A stretch of DNA of 64,000 nt, from positions 69,348 through 133,347 of the forward strand of contig JAZQKV010000086.1 of assembly GCA_045542335.1 (NCBI GenBank), written 5' to 3'. Origin of the DNA: Eubacteriales bacterium. Lineage in GTDB: Bacteria; Bacillota; Clostridia; Oscillospirales; CAG-382. The notes beneath the pieces are model-generated. The model searched no databases and had not been told where the DNA came from. It worked only from the letters and a program-made list of their open reading frames with translations. Below, piece by piece: positions 31,396 through 41,404 of this stretch. Within the stretch, counting starts at the first letter, position 1; each line of letters opens with the position of its first letter. The translations under genes and the position numbers were made by a program.

Positions 31396-32211
31396 TCAGC
31401 TAAGTTTCATATATTTCAACCATTTTGCCGAAGCTTCAACCCACGCTCTTGCGTGTTCAATTGCTTCGTTCATGGTGTTAACCTCGTCGGTACAAACCGA
31501 AAGCCCGTGTGCACCGTGAGGATAAACGTGAAGCTCAAAGTCTATGTTATTTGCACGCAAAGCCTTTGCCATATCAAGACAGTTTTCAACGGCAACAATC
31601 TGGTCTGTTGCTGTGTGCCACATGAAAATCGGGCAGGTCTTTTCACTTACATGCAGATGATTTGAGAAATACTCAAGCATTGCTGCGTCAGGCTCTGCCA
31701 CACCCGATAATAAGCAAAACCAATCCTTATGATACTCTGCCGAAACAGGTGCATAAGCAAGTATTGCCGAATCAGGCTTGATGTCGTCATTTTTTTCGTT
31801 GACAACAGCAGAAAGCTCAGGTGTATGCCATCTTGTAGAGATAAGTCCTGCGAGGTGTGCCCCTGCAGAAAAACCTATAACGCTTATTTTTTCGGGATTC
31901 ACAAATAGCCTTTCGCAATTCTTCCTTACATATGCAATCGCCTTTGCCGCATCCTTCAACGGCTTGAAAAATCCCTTTTCGTCAAGAATATCGGGAGTGA
32001 GCGTGTAAAAAAGAACAAATACATTAAATCCATGTGCAAGATATTCCTTTGCCACAGGCTCTGCTTCCCTCTTCGAAAGATGCTGATATGCGCCGCCGGG
32101 GAATATCAGCATGGCAGGTCTTCCGCCATCGGGACATTTTCTGTCGCTGATATATTCGTCTATCCAAACCTTGTCATTATCGGGATAAAGATAAGTTCTT
32201 GTGCAAATCAT
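31396..32211 (-). CDS. Alpha/beta hydrolase (acetyl esterase/lipase-like)
   Basis: PGGAY, GFSAGAHL nucleophile elbow, D..V, HG catalytic His. Confidence 0.87.
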   Translation of the reverse strand: MICTRTYLYPDNDKVWIDEYISDRKCPDGGRPAMLIFPGGAYQHLSKREAEPVAKEYLAHGFNVFVLFYTLTPDILDEKGFFKPLKDAAKAIAYVRKNCERLFVNPEKISVIGFSAGAHLAGLISTRWHTPELSAVVNEKNDDIKPDSAILAYAPVSAEYHKDWFCLLSGVAEPDAAMLEYFSNHLHVSEKTCPIFMWHTATDQIVAVENCLDMAKALRANNIDFELHVYPHGAHGLSVCTDEVNTMNEAIEHARAWVEASAKWLKYMKLS

Positions 32212-32314
32212 TCTTTCTTCTCCTTTTTTTAATGTTTCTCAGTTCACATATTATTATAGTGCCGCAAAGTCCCTTTTTCAACGCCCAAAAATAAACATTG
32301 TGTAAAAACAGAGG

Positions 32315-33127
32315 TCAAAGCGCATTTTGCTGATAAACTGTCGGAGAAACTCCAACGCTTTTCTTAAAAACACGGCTAAAATAGTAAACACTTTCAAAGC
32401 CAAGCATTGCGGAAATTTCCGAAATACTGCATTCTCCGTCCGAAAGAAGAATTTTTGCTTTTTCGATACGCAAACGATTACGATAGCTTATCGGCGTGTC
32501 CCCGATTTCACGCTTGAAAAGTCGGAAAAAGTGCGGTTCACTCAGATAACACATATCTGCAAGAGCCTTTACGTCAACTTCCTCTGCGTAGTGCTTTTCA
32601 ATATGATCAATTGCGGCAAATATCCTGCCATATTCGGGGTTTGACTTTTCGTCATTGATGATTTTACCGACAGCCGTTAAAAAATCGCACAAAAGTGAAG
32701 TGCTTTTAAAAATATTACTTTTTGACATTGTGGTTTTGATAAGCTCTCTGCAAATGTCAAACATCGCCTGCCTTGCCGCATATGTCACAACCGCAGGTCC
32801 TGTCCCGAAAACAATCTCCTCTCCGTCGGAAATATCTCTCAGAACAAAAGAAACTCTGTAAAATGAAAACCCGTGCTCCGTCACGCTCACTCGATGCACC
32901 GATCCCTTGGGAAGATATATAAGACTTCCATTTGAAAGCTCTGCCTCCCCATCTGTCCATTCATAGCGACAACCACCCTTGTCAATAAGCAAGAATCCGT
33001 TGAGAATTCGTCCTGAATGTGCCTTGCTCATTATGAGGCTCTGCCAGGTGGGAGTCTGATATATAACAGAAATATCTGATATTGAAAAGTCATATTGTGA
33101 AATTTCAGAAAAATCAATAATTTTCAT
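32315..33127 (-). CDS. AraC-family regulator
   Basis: LSEPHF.RLFK...G.TP..Y...RIEKAK.LL...ISEIS..LGF....YFSRVFKK. Confidence 0.9.
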   Translation of the reverse strand: MKIIDFSEISQYDFSISDISVIYQTPTWQSLIMSKAHSGRILNGFLLIDKGGCRYEWTDGEAELSNGSLIYLPKGSVHRVSVTEHGFSFYRVSFVLRDISDGEEIVFGTGPAVVTYAARQAMFDICRELIKTTMSKSNIFKSTSLLCDFLTAVGKIINDEKSNPEYGRIFAAIDHIEKHYAEEVDVKALADMCYLSEPHFFRLFKREIGDTPISYRNRLRIEKAKILLSDGECSISEISAMLGFESVYYFSRVFKKSVGVSPTVYQQNAL

Positions 33128-33214
33128 GTCCTTGTTTCTCCGCATCGCAATTGATAGTTTTTTCGGATACAGTTATATATTATCACGTTTTTCAGCCTTT
33201 GTCAAGGTACTTTA

Positions 33215-33279
33215 TGATAGTTTTGTGCAAATAAGAGTTAGTTTTCTGTATTTACAAAAGGCAAACAAAGTAGTAAAAT
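33215..33279 (+). promoter_or_regulatory. Putative AraC operator (tandem half-sites) and promoter for ferredoxin/oxidoreductase operon
   Basis: TGATAGTTTT (33215) and AGTTAGTTTT (33236) 21 bp apart next to TTTACA-17-TAAAAT; third copy TGATAGTTTT at 33152. Confidence 0.5.
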
Positions 33280-33311
33280 ACAGTAAAGAAAACAGCGAAA
33301 GGAAAAACGTC

Positions 33312-33500
33312 ATGAAAACAGTTTACAGAGTGGACGGCGGTTGTCAGCTTTGCCTCATGTGCGTCTATCAGTGCCCCGCAAAAGCAATTGACATAATTGA
33401 AGACGTTTCAACCGTCATCGACGAGGACAAATGCCTTGGTTGCGGCAAATGCGCTTCTATCTGCCAATCGGAAGTCATTATAAAGGTAGAAAAGGAATAA
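33312..33500 (+). CDS. 2[4Fe-4S] ferredoxin
   Basis: CQLCLMCVYQCP and CLGCGKCASIC motifs in 62 aa; AAGGA RBS. Confidence 0.88.
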   Translation: MKTVYRVDGGCQLCLMCVYQCPAKAIDIIEDVSTVIDEDKCLGCGKCASICQSEVIIKVEKE

Positions 33501-33539
33501 ATCACCATTTCACATAACAACAGAAAGGAAGAAATCATC

Positions 33540-35045
33540 ATGAAAAAATATGATCTTCAGAACGGACATATCATAAGCGAAAGTGAAAGTATACCCGTTT
33601 ACGGCGAATATGACGTTGTTGTAGCAGGCGGTGGCATGGCAGGTGTCGGTGCGGCTCTTGCAGCAGCAAAAAATGGCGCAAAGACAATCATTATAGAAAA
33701 CACCTCTGCCCTTGGTGGACTTGTGACAATGGGTATTGTAAACATTCCCCTTGACTTTGTTTCAGGCGTTGGCAGAGAGTTTTTTGACAGGCTTGCAGAA
33801 ATGGGCGGACTCAGAAACACAAACTCCGACCCCGAAAAGCATAAGCTTCTTTTTGACAGAATGGTTAAGGAATACGGCGTTGATATCCTGCTTGTTACCC
33901 CCATCATCGACACAATAATGGACGGCAACGATGTAAAGGGCGCAATCATCCACACAAAAATGGGCAAGAAAGCCGTTCTCGGCAAAACCTTTGTTGATGC
34001 AACAGGCGACAGTGACCTTGTTTTCTTCGGCGGCGGTGAAACCATGACAGGCAGACCCGAAGACGGAATGTCCATGGGATGCTCCCTTGAATTTGTGCTT
34101 GGTGGTGTTGACTTTGGCAAATACAATAAGAGTGAGCTTAAAAAGACCGACCCCAAATGGATAAAGACAATCGCAAAGGCTCTTGAGGACGGAACTCTTC
34201 CCTACGACATCGACAACCATCTCAACTGGATGACACACATCCCCTCCCGTCCCCAGAACTGCTGTAAGGACGAGGTGAGTATCTGCTTTGCACACTCAAG
34301 AAACTGCTATCCAACCTCCAATGACGACCTCACAAGAATGTACATTGAGGGCAGAGAGCAGGCGGCAATCCTCACGGATTTCATCCGCAACACAATCCCC
34401 GGCTTTGAAGACTGCTACCTCAGCTACACAGGCTCACTCCTCGGCGTTCGTGAGTCAAGAAGAATTGTCGGTGAATACATTTTCACAGGCTCCGACATTG
34501 CCTACGCAAGAAAGCAGGACGATGTTATCGCAATCAGCCAGCATGGCTTCGACCTCCATGGCTTCAAGGTTTCGGGCAATATGAAATGGTTCAAGGGCAA
34601 GCTTCCCGATGGCAGAGATGCATATATTGCAAATCGTGCCGGCTGGGGCTCACAGCTTCCTCCCGACGACGGACTTCCCAGAGTCAACATGAAAGAGCTT
34701 ATCCCAGACGGAGAATTCTATTATGAAATCCCGTTCCGCAGCCTTGTCCCGATTCGTCTTAACAATGTTCTTGCGGCAGGCAGAAACATTTCCGCAGATA
34801 TTGCAGGTCAATCCGGCACACGTCTTATCATGTGCTGCATGACACTCGGCGAGGCGGCAGGAACAGCTTGCGCCCTTGCTGTCAAGAATAATGTCCAGGT
34901 GAGAAATGTTGATGTTGCCGAGCTTCAGAGAACGCTTGATGCAAACGGCGTAAATATTGCACAGAGCTTCAGAAAAATCCCTGCACTTGAAGGAAATCAG
35001 AAAAGTGCTTTCGGCGGTATCCACTATATAAATACAAACAACTGA
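33540..35045 (+). CDS. FAD-dependent oxidoreductase (FAD_oxidored/PF12831-like)
   Basis: DVVVAGGGMAG..AA, LGG..T, DATGD.DL, GVRESRRI.G, IP.RSL.P, GEAAG. Confidence 0.85.
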   Translation: MKKYDLQNGHIISESESIPVYGEYDVVVAGGGMAGVGAALAAAKNGAKTIIIENTSALGGLVTMGIVNIPLDFVSGVGREFFDRLAEMGGLRNTNSDPEKHKLLFDRMVKEYGVDILLVTPIIDTIMDGNDVKGAIIHTKMGKKAVLGKTFVDATGDSDLVFFGGGETMTGRPEDGMSMGCSLEFVLGGVDFGKYNKSELKKTDPKWIKTIAKALEDGTLPYDIDNHLNWMTHIPSRPQNCCKDEVSICFAHSRNCYPTSNDDLTRMYIEGREQAAILTDFIRNTIPGFEDCYLSYTGSLLGVRESRRIVGEYIFTGSDIAYARKQDDVIAISQHGFDLHGFKVSGNMKWFKGKLPDGRDAYIANRAGWGSQLPPDDGLPRVNMKELIPDGEFYYEIPFRSLVPIRLNNVLAAGRNISADIAGQSGTRLIMCCMTLGEAAGTACALAVKNNVQVRNVDVAELQRTLDANGVNIAQSFRKIPALEGNQKSAFGGIHYINTNN

Positions 35046-35198
35046 TAACTCCCTTACAAGTATCAGAATGTGTCGCATCAATGTGATAAATTTACACATT
35101 TACCCGACACTTTTCACAACCTCAAAACATATTTGTGGTATATTCTTCGGGACGGCGTAAAACTCCGTCCCATAAGCTTATTTCAAGGAAGTGTTTTT

Positions 35199-36704
35199 AT
35201 GACAGATAACCGTTTTTCATATGCAACGCCGGAAAGCTGCGGCATATCGTCTGCAAAGCTCGAAAAGATGCTTCGCAAATTTGACGATCACGGATTTGCG
35301 ACTCACAGTATTCTCATGGCAAAAGGTGACAGGATTTTTCTTGATGCCTATTGGCATCCGTTCAACTCCGAAACTCATCACCGCATGAATTCTGTCACAA
35401 AATCCTTTGTTGGAATTGCAATAGGACTGCTTGAAGAAGAAGGCAGAATCAGCCTTAACGACAAGGTGAGCAAATATTTTCCCGACGAATGTCCTGCTGA
35501 CCTTGATGGCTACACCAAAGACCTCACAATCCGGAATCTTCTTGAAATGAGAACAACCTCTCTCGGCAGAGGCGGTCATTGGGTGCGTGACGGCATACTT
35601 GACAGAAAAGTACCGTGGTTTATAAGTCCCGCACAGCGTCCTCGTGACACATTGTTCCACTATGACAGCACAGGTAGCTTCATGCTGTGCGTAATTGTGG
35701 AAAGGCTCACGGGAAAAACCTTTGTTGAATATCTCATGGACAAAATGCTTCGGAAAATCGGTTTTTCGGAAAAAACCGAATGCATCAAAGGACCCGACGG
35801 ATATTCCTGGGGCGATTCAGGACTTTTGTGTCGTCCCCACGATCTGCTTGCATTTGCACAGCTTATAAATAACGGCGGCGTGTGGAAAAGCGAGCGTCTT
35901 ATGAACGAGGAGTTTTTGCGCAAGGCAGTTTCAAAAATTTCCGACACCTGCGAAAAAGGCACAAGAAGCTGTGATGACGACGGATATGGCTATCAGATAT
36001 GGCGTTATTACAATGGTGAAGGCTTTATGTTCCTTGGTGCAGGGGATCAGATAATGGTTTGTATTCCTGACAAAGACTTTTATTTCGTATGCACAGGCGA
36101 CAACCAGGAACACCCACAGGCAAGAGCAATTATATGCGACACTCTCACATACGACATTATCAATGAGCTTTCCGACACCCCACTTCCCGAAGATGAAAAG
36201 GCTCTCTGCTCTCTTAACGAATACACAAGCAGCCTTAAGCTTTGCCATATCAGAGGAAACACATCCTCCCATGCTGCAAAGGTTGTAAATAAAAAGACTT
36301 ACACTCTTTCTGAGAACAAAATGGGCATAAAGTGGTTCAAGCTCCGCCTTGACGAGCAAAACAAAAAAGGCATCTTTGAATACGAAAATGCCCAGGGACA
36401 CAAAGAGCTTGAATTCGGTCTTTGCGAAAATGTGCTCACAGAGTTTCCCGAAGAGGGTTACCCCAAGATGCAGATGAATGTTCCTGCTCCGGGAAACAAA
36501 TATCCCTGCGCAAGCTCAGGAGCGTGGCTCGAAGAAAGAAAGCTCGGTATAAGAGTGATGATGACGGGCGACCATCTTGGCGGTCTGTTTATCACGATTG
36601 GCTTTTCTGATGACTATTCCGAGGTTGGTATGTATATGCACAAAAACACTAATTGCTTCCTGCACACATACGCCGGATATGCCGGCGGAACGCTTGCAGA
36701 CTAA
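35199..36704 (+). CDS. Serine hydrolase, beta-lactamase-related (AmpC/NylB-like)
   Basis: SVTKS (SxxK), LL.M, F.Y.S, GYGYQIW. Confidence 0.85.
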   Translation: MTDNRFSYATPESCGISSAKLEKMLRKFDDHGFATHSILMAKGDRIFLDAYWHPFNSETHHRMNSVTKSFVGIAIGLLEEEGRISLNDKVSKYFPDECPADLDGYTKDLTIRNLLEMRTTSLGRGGHWVRDGILDRKVPWFISPAQRPRDTLFHYDSTGSFMLCVIVERLTGKTFVEYLMDKMLRKIGFSEKTECIKGPDGYSWGDSGLLCRPHDLLAFAQLINNGGVWKSERLMNEEFLRKAVSKISDTCEKGTRSCDDDGYGYQIWRYYNGEGFMFLGAGDQIMVCIPDKDFYFVCTGDNQEHPQARAIICDTLTYDIINELSDTPLPEDEKALCSLNEYTSSLKLCHIRGNTSSHAAKVVNKKTYTLSENKMGIKWFKLRLDEQNKKGIFEYENAQGHKELEFGLCENVLTEFPEEGYPKMQMNVPAPGNKYPCASSGAWLEERKLGIRVMMTGDHLGGLFITIGFSDDYSEVGMYMHKNTNCFLHTYAGYAGGTLAD

Positions 36705-36729
36705 ACTATCTTGCAACAAAGAAAAATAT

Positions 36730-36768
36730 AGCTGTGCTTTCCCTGCGGGACGGCACAGCTTTTTCTTT
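36730..36768 (+). terminator. Rho-independent terminator
   Basis: AGCTGTGC...GCACAGCT followed by T tract. Confidence 0.7.
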
Positions 36769-36902
36769 CACATTCCATTACATTTTTGCAAAATAAGGAA
36801 ATCCCTCATTGACAAATCACCCGTTCAAATGCTATGCTTTAAGATATACTTTGCTAAAAATATAATTGCGGTTCTCATCATGTGCATGAGAACCGCAATT
36901 TT

Positions 36903-37247
36903 TCATCTGTAATACTTATAATAAGCCGTTATCGACCGTTCTTCGCCTGTTTCAAGGTCAATTCCCGTGAGGACAAGTCCCTCCAAACTAAGCAACTCCC
37001 ACATCGAAGTATCCGCAATTTTGCCTCTGAATTTTGTTTCGATTCCGCACACAAGAGCAATTTCATCGCCACAGGGAAGAATGTTTATATGTCCCTCCCT
37101 GCCGATAATTTCCTCAATTCCGTCAACACGCTTGGTTATGTATTTTATATGTCTGCCGTCAAGCCTCTTTGCCATTTCCATGCGGAAAGCAGGACTGTTT
37201 TCATCTTTGTTGGCAAAATGTTGTCTGATTTTTTCAATTATGCCCAC
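36903..37247 (-). CDS. Hypothetical protein
   Basis: 114-aa ORF with GGAGG RBS, co-oriented after M15 peptidase; no recognised motif. Confidence 0.7.
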   Translation of the reverse strand: MGIIEKIRQHFANKDENSPAFRMEMAKRLDGRHIKYITKRVDGIEEIIGREGHINILPCGDEIALVCGIETKFRGKIADTSMWELLSLEGLVLTGIDLETGEERSITAYYKYYR

Positions 37248-37262
37248 TTTTAAAAACCTCCC

Positions 37263-38219
37263 TTATTGTCCGTAATACGCCGTAACAAACACACCGCCCA
37301 TATTATCCTCTGACACCGTCACATTCTTTGCACCAACAGGGATCTTTATGTCACCGTCAGCCTTTTGTCTTGAAACAACATAGTCCTCAAAGCTGTAAAA
37401 AGCTCCCATTTCATAGCTTTCAACATACTCTTCAAAGGCAAGTCCCTGTTGTGAAATAATCTTTGAATGGGGTTTCCCGACATAACGGATGTGCCATGGT
37501 TCAAAACGTATGCCCGTAACATCAACCTTATCCGCAGGATAGCGTATGATAAAACCAAAATCACCGCAATTTGAATTGACATATTTTCCTGCATCGCATC
37601 CAATAAATCTGTCGCCGGAAAACTGCGCAACATAAATATCAAGTGCAAGTCCCGTCTGATGCTCGCTTGCACCAACCTCCGTTGCAGTTTCGGGACCAAC
37701 CTCAATTATAACCGCCGCCTGTTCTTCAGCACTTCTGTAACTGCTGCTGATATACAGTTTTTGACCGAATTTTTCCCTTATGGCAGCGGAAAGCTCTGCA
37801 TATGCCTTTGTTATGCAAGAATTCATAAGAACGCCCGTGTCATTATACTCAACTATATCCGCAGGATAATCGTCAGGAATCTTGTTTTTCGTATTCACAA
37901 GAATAAGTGACTGATTAACCGTGAATTCAGGGTTTTTGCAAATCTCATCGAGCGTATATGTTTTGCACTTGAGAAGATGACCGATTGTGCTTTCGTCGGG
38001 CATGGAAAGTGTATGTGATTGTTGGCTTTCCTGTGCAGGATAAAGGCGCAACTCCTCGGTTATTTCCTCACCCGATGTGTCGAAAAATCCGTCAACAATT
38101 TCCGACAATTTATCGGTTTTGTGCAGGTAAAATACACATGTTGCAGATATTATAAATGCAAGCGCAAACACAAAAACCGATGCGGAAATTCTTATCCTGT
38201 TTTGTCCGACTTTCTTCAT
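37263..38219 (-). CDS. D-alanyl-D-alanine carboxypeptidase (peptidase M15B, VanY-like)
   Basis: TM anchor; SSYRS...Q, SEHQTGLALD, GFIIRYP, EPWHIRYVG. Confidence 0.9.
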   Translation of the reverse strand: MKKVGQNRIRISASVFVFALAFIISATCVFYLHKTDKLSEIVDGFFDTSGEEITEELRLYPAQESQQSHTLSMPDESTIGHLLKCKTYTLDEICKNPEFTVNQSLILVNTKNKIPDDYPADIVEYNDTGVLMNSCITKAYAELSAAIREKFGQKLYISSSYRSAEEQAAVIIEVGPETATEVGASEHQTGLALDIYVAQFSGDRFIGCDAGKYVNSNCGDFGFIIRYPADKVDVTGIRFEPWHIRYVGKPHSKIISQQGLAFEEYVESYEMGAFYSFEDYVVSRQKADGDIKIPVGAKNVTVSEDNMGGVFVTAYYGQ

Positions 38220-38269
38220 TTTGTTCTCCTTATTCTCAAGTACCGATCCAAAGTTTTCAGCTAAAAAGC

Positions 38270-40279
38270 TTATTTTTTGCTCTTTTTGTCCGAGCCTGAA
38301 GCTGATGGCTTACCATCCTTTTCAATTCTTATAATTTCATCACGCAGAAAAGCGGCTCTTTCAAACTCAAGATTCTTTGATGCTTCAAGCATCTGATCCT
38401 TAAGCCTGGCAATAATTGCGGCACGCTCCTTTGCAGACAGCTTTTCGGGAGATTTTGCTCCCTTTCCCTTTCCGTCTTTGGTGGAGGAAATGTCGATAAT
38501 ATCCCTTACATCCTTGATAATTGTTTTTGGAATTATGCCGTGCGCCTTGTTATAGCTCTCCTGCTTTTCACGTCTGCGTGCGGATTCGTCAATGGCACGT
38601 TTCATTGATTTTGTTATGACATCGGCATACATTATTACGCGACCGTCGGCGTTTCTTGCCGCACGTCCTATTGTCTGAATAAGCGAAGTTTCACTGCGCA
38701 AAAAGCCTTCTTTGTCGGCATCAAGAATCGCAACAAGCGAAACCTCCGGCAGGTCAAGCCCCTCTCGCAGAAGATTGATACCAATAAGAACATCGTAAAC
38801 TCCAAGACGCAAATCACGGAGAAGCTCCATACGTTCAATTGTGTCCACGCTGAAGTGCATATAACGGCATTTTATTCCTCTGCCGCCAAGATATTCCGTG
38901 AGATTTTCCGCCATTTTCTTTGTGAGAGTTGTCACAAGAACCCTCTCCTTGCGCTCCACCCTCAAGCCTATTTCTCCAATAAGATCGTCAATCTGTCCCT
39001 CTGTGGGACGCACTTCAACAATCGGATCAAGAAGCCCTGTGGGACGGATAACCTGCTCGGCAAGAGTTTCCATGCGACTGCACTCATATTCACCGGGTGT
39101 TGCGCTGACATATATTGCCTGACCTCTCTTTGCCTCGAATTCATCAAAGAAAAGAGGACGGTTGTCATATGCCGACGGAAGTCTGAAGCCATATTCAACA
39201 AGATTTGTTTTTCTCGCCTTGTCGCCACCACTCATACCACGCACCTGAGGAAGTGTCACATGGGATTCGTCGACAAACATAAGATAATCGTCCGGGAAAT
39301 AGTCAAGAAGCGTGTACGGTGTACTCCCGGGAAGTCGCCCCGAAAGAACACGGGAATAATTCTCAACCCCTGAACAATATCCAAGCTCGCCAAGCATTTC
39401 AAGGTCATATCTTGTGCGCTCCTCAATTCTCTGCGCCTCAATAAACTTGCCCTTTGACTTGAAAAACTCCACTCTTTCAAGCATTTCCGCCTCAATTTCC
39501 TTTAATGCTCGCTCTCTCATGTCCATAGAGGTTACATAGTGATTTGCAGGATAAATCGCAACATAGCTCAGGTTCTTTATAATCTGCCCCGTCAATGGGT
39601 TGACCTCAGAAATCTTGTCAACTTCATCGCCAAAAAATTCAACTCTTACTGCTGTTGTGTTTGATGATGCCGGGAAAACCTCAACCGTGTCGCCCCTCAC
39701 TCTAAAACGGTTTCTTTCAAAAGCAACGTCGTTTCTTTCATATTGAATCGCAACAAGCCTTGCAATAAACTTATCCCTTGAAAGCTCCTGCCCCTCCCTT
39801 GCAGACACAACAAGCGATTTATACTCCATAGGGTCACCAAGGGTGTAAATGCAGGAAACCGATGCAACTATTATTACATCACGCCGTTCAAACAGCGCAC
39901 TCGTTGCACTGTGGCGAAGCTTATCAATGTCATCATTTATCGAGCTGTCCTTTTCGATATAAGTGCCGCTTCCGGGAATATACGCTTCCGGCTGATAATA
40001 GTCGTAATATGAAACGAAATATTCAACAGCATTTTCGGGAAAAAACTCCTTAAACTCACTGCAAAGCTGTGCGGCAAGAGTTTTGTTATGGGCAAGAATA
40101 AGGGTGGGGCGGTTGACCTGTGCGATAATATTCGCCATTGTAAAGGTCTTACCGGATCCTGTAACTCCGAGCAAAACCTGCTCGTTTTTGCCATTCTTCA
40201 CACCATTCACAAGTGCCTCAATCGCCTCCGGCTGATCGCCCATCGGTTCATATGGAAAATGTGGCTTAAAGTAATCCAT
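38270..40279 (-). CDS. uvrB: Excinuclease ABC subunit B
   Basis: [39 protein letters not shown]-terminal UVR coil. Confidence 0.97.
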   Translation of the reverse strand: MDYFKPHFPYEPMGDQPEAIEALVNGVKNGKNEQVLLGVTGSGKTFTMANIIAQVNRPTLILAHNKTLAAQLCSEFKEFFPENAVEYFVSYYDYYQPEAYIPGSGTYIEKDSSINDDIDKLRHSATSALFERRDVIIVASVSCIYTLGDPMEYKSLVVSAREGQELSRDKFIARLVAIQYERNDVAFERNRFRVRGDTVEVFPASSNTTAVRVEFFGDEVDKISEVNPLTGQIIKNLSYVAIYPANHYVTSMDMRERALKEIEAEMLERVEFFKSKGKFIEAQRIEERTRYDLEMLGELGYCSGVENYSRVLSGRLPGSTPYTLLDYFPDDYLMFVDESHVTLPQVRGMSGGDKARKTNLVEYGFRLPSAYDNRPLFFDEFEAKRGQAIYVSATPGEYECSRMETLAEQVIRPTGLLDPIVEVRPTEGQIDDLIGEIGLRVERKERVLVTTLTKKMAENLTEYLGGRGIKCRYMHFSVDTIERMELLRDLRLGVYDVLIGINLLREGLDLPEVSLVAILDADKEGFLRSETSLIQTIGRAARNADGRVIMYADVITKSMKRAIDESARRREKQESYNKAHGIIPKTIIKDVRDIIDISSTKDGKGKGAKSPEKLSAKERAAIIARLKDQMLEASKNLEFERAAFLRDEIIRIEKDGKPSASGSDKKSKK

Positions 40280-40320
40280 AATATCTCCTTCTCCGCACCT
40301 TTATCCAACACGGCAGATTC

Positions 40321-40336
40321 ATCATAACATTTGTTT
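40321..40336 (-). promoter_or_regulatory. Possible LexA box overlapping extended -10 upstream of uvrB
   Basis: TAAC-ATTT-GTTT (2 mismatches to GAAC-N4-GTTC) overlapping minus-strand TGTTATGAT. Confidence 0.35.
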
Positions 40337-40382
40337 GTTAAAAATAGATTTCCCGCCTCTTAAATCTTTCTTAAAACGCAAA

Positions 40383-41345
40383 TTATTCAAAAAACTTGTC
40401 GCCCTGAAATGCGCCTCTTCTGTTCATTTCACGATCCACACCATTCATAACATCAAACTTTTTGACGCTCCAAAGCGGTGCAATAAGTGCATCCCTGCCA
40501 CCATCACCGGTTATTCTCTGCACAACCGTTTCCCATGGCAAAAGCAAGAGCTGATCACAAATAAGCTCAACATATTCATCAAGCTCAAAAACCGGAATTT
40601 TGCCGTCGTAAAACATATTTGCCGCCTCTGTATCCTTTAGTATGTGCAGCATATGCAATTTAACTGAATGAGGTTTTAGTTTTCCAACCTTTTCCACGCT
40701 TTCAAGCATCATTTCCCTGCTCTCGCCCGGAAGACCGTTGATAAGATGAACACAAATCCCTATTCCTCTTTGCGTCAACCTTTCATATGCGCAAAGGAAC
40801 TCATCGTAAGTGGTGCATCTGTTAATAAGCTCGCCTGTTTTGTCATGAATTGTCTGTAATCCGAGTTCAACAGTGAGATATGTTTTCTGCGAAATTTCCG
40901 TCAACAAATCAAGCACATCATCAGGTATGCAATCGGGACGTGTGGCAATGCTCATTCCCACAACATCGGGAAGCGCAAGTGCTTCGTAATAGAGCTTTCT
41001 CAACCTTTCAACTGGCGCATAAGTCCCCGTTCCTGCCTGAAAATAAGGAATAAACTTGATATTTCCATCTTTCCATTTGCCAACAAGTCCTGACTTCACC
41101 TCGTCAAACTGCTCGGAGACGCTGTTTTTCGGATTTCCTGCAAAATCTCCGCTTGCCATAGGCGAACAATAAATACAGCCGCCCTTGCCCTTTGTCCCAT
41201 CCCTGTTCGGACAGGCAAAGCCGCAATTAAGCGAAACCTTTGCAATTTTACAGCCAAAACGTGCTTTTAAATAATTGTCCTGTGTGTTGTAACGCTTGTT
41301 GTTAATTATTTCATGAGCCGGCATATTAAATACATCTTTCATCAA
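40383..41345 (-). CDS. TIGR01212-family radical SAM protein (YtqA/MnmL/YhcC-like)
   Basis: CPNRDG...GGCIYC, YFQA, TRPDC, ELGLQT, HLINGLPGE. Confidence 0.9.
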   Translation of the reverse strand: MMKDVFNMPAHEIINNKRYNTQDNYLKARFGCKIAKVSLNCGFACPNRDGTKGKGGCIYCSPMASGDFAGNPKNSVSEQFDEVKSGLVGKWKDGNIKFIPYFQAGTGTYAPVERLRKLYYEALALPDVVGMSIATRPDCIPDDVLDLLTEISQKTYLTVELGLQTIHDKTGELINRCTTYDEFLCAYERLTQRGIGICVHLINGLPGESREMMLESVEKVGKLKPHSVKLHMLHILKDTEAANMFYDGKIPVFELDEYVELICDQLLLLPWETVVQRITGDGGRDALIAPLWSVKKFDVMNGVDREMNRRGAFQGDKFFE

Positions 41346-41357
41346 ACTTGGTAAAAA

Positions 41358-41386
41358 GAGAGTGCCACAGCTTTTGCGGCACTCTC
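41358..41386 (-). terminator. Terminator after SLH anchor gene
   Basis: GAGAGTGCC...GGCACTCTC with A tract on + side. Confidence 0.7.
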
Positions 41387-41404
41387 CAAAACACTCTTTA
41401 TAAA

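Noticed and set aside
35199-36704. True beta-lactamase
   Set aside because: No signal peptide; it fits the broad serine hydrolase/esterase family
37263-38219. vanY vancomycin-resistance gene
   Set aside because: No vanHAX or vanRS context; it is a housekeeping M15B carboxypeptidase
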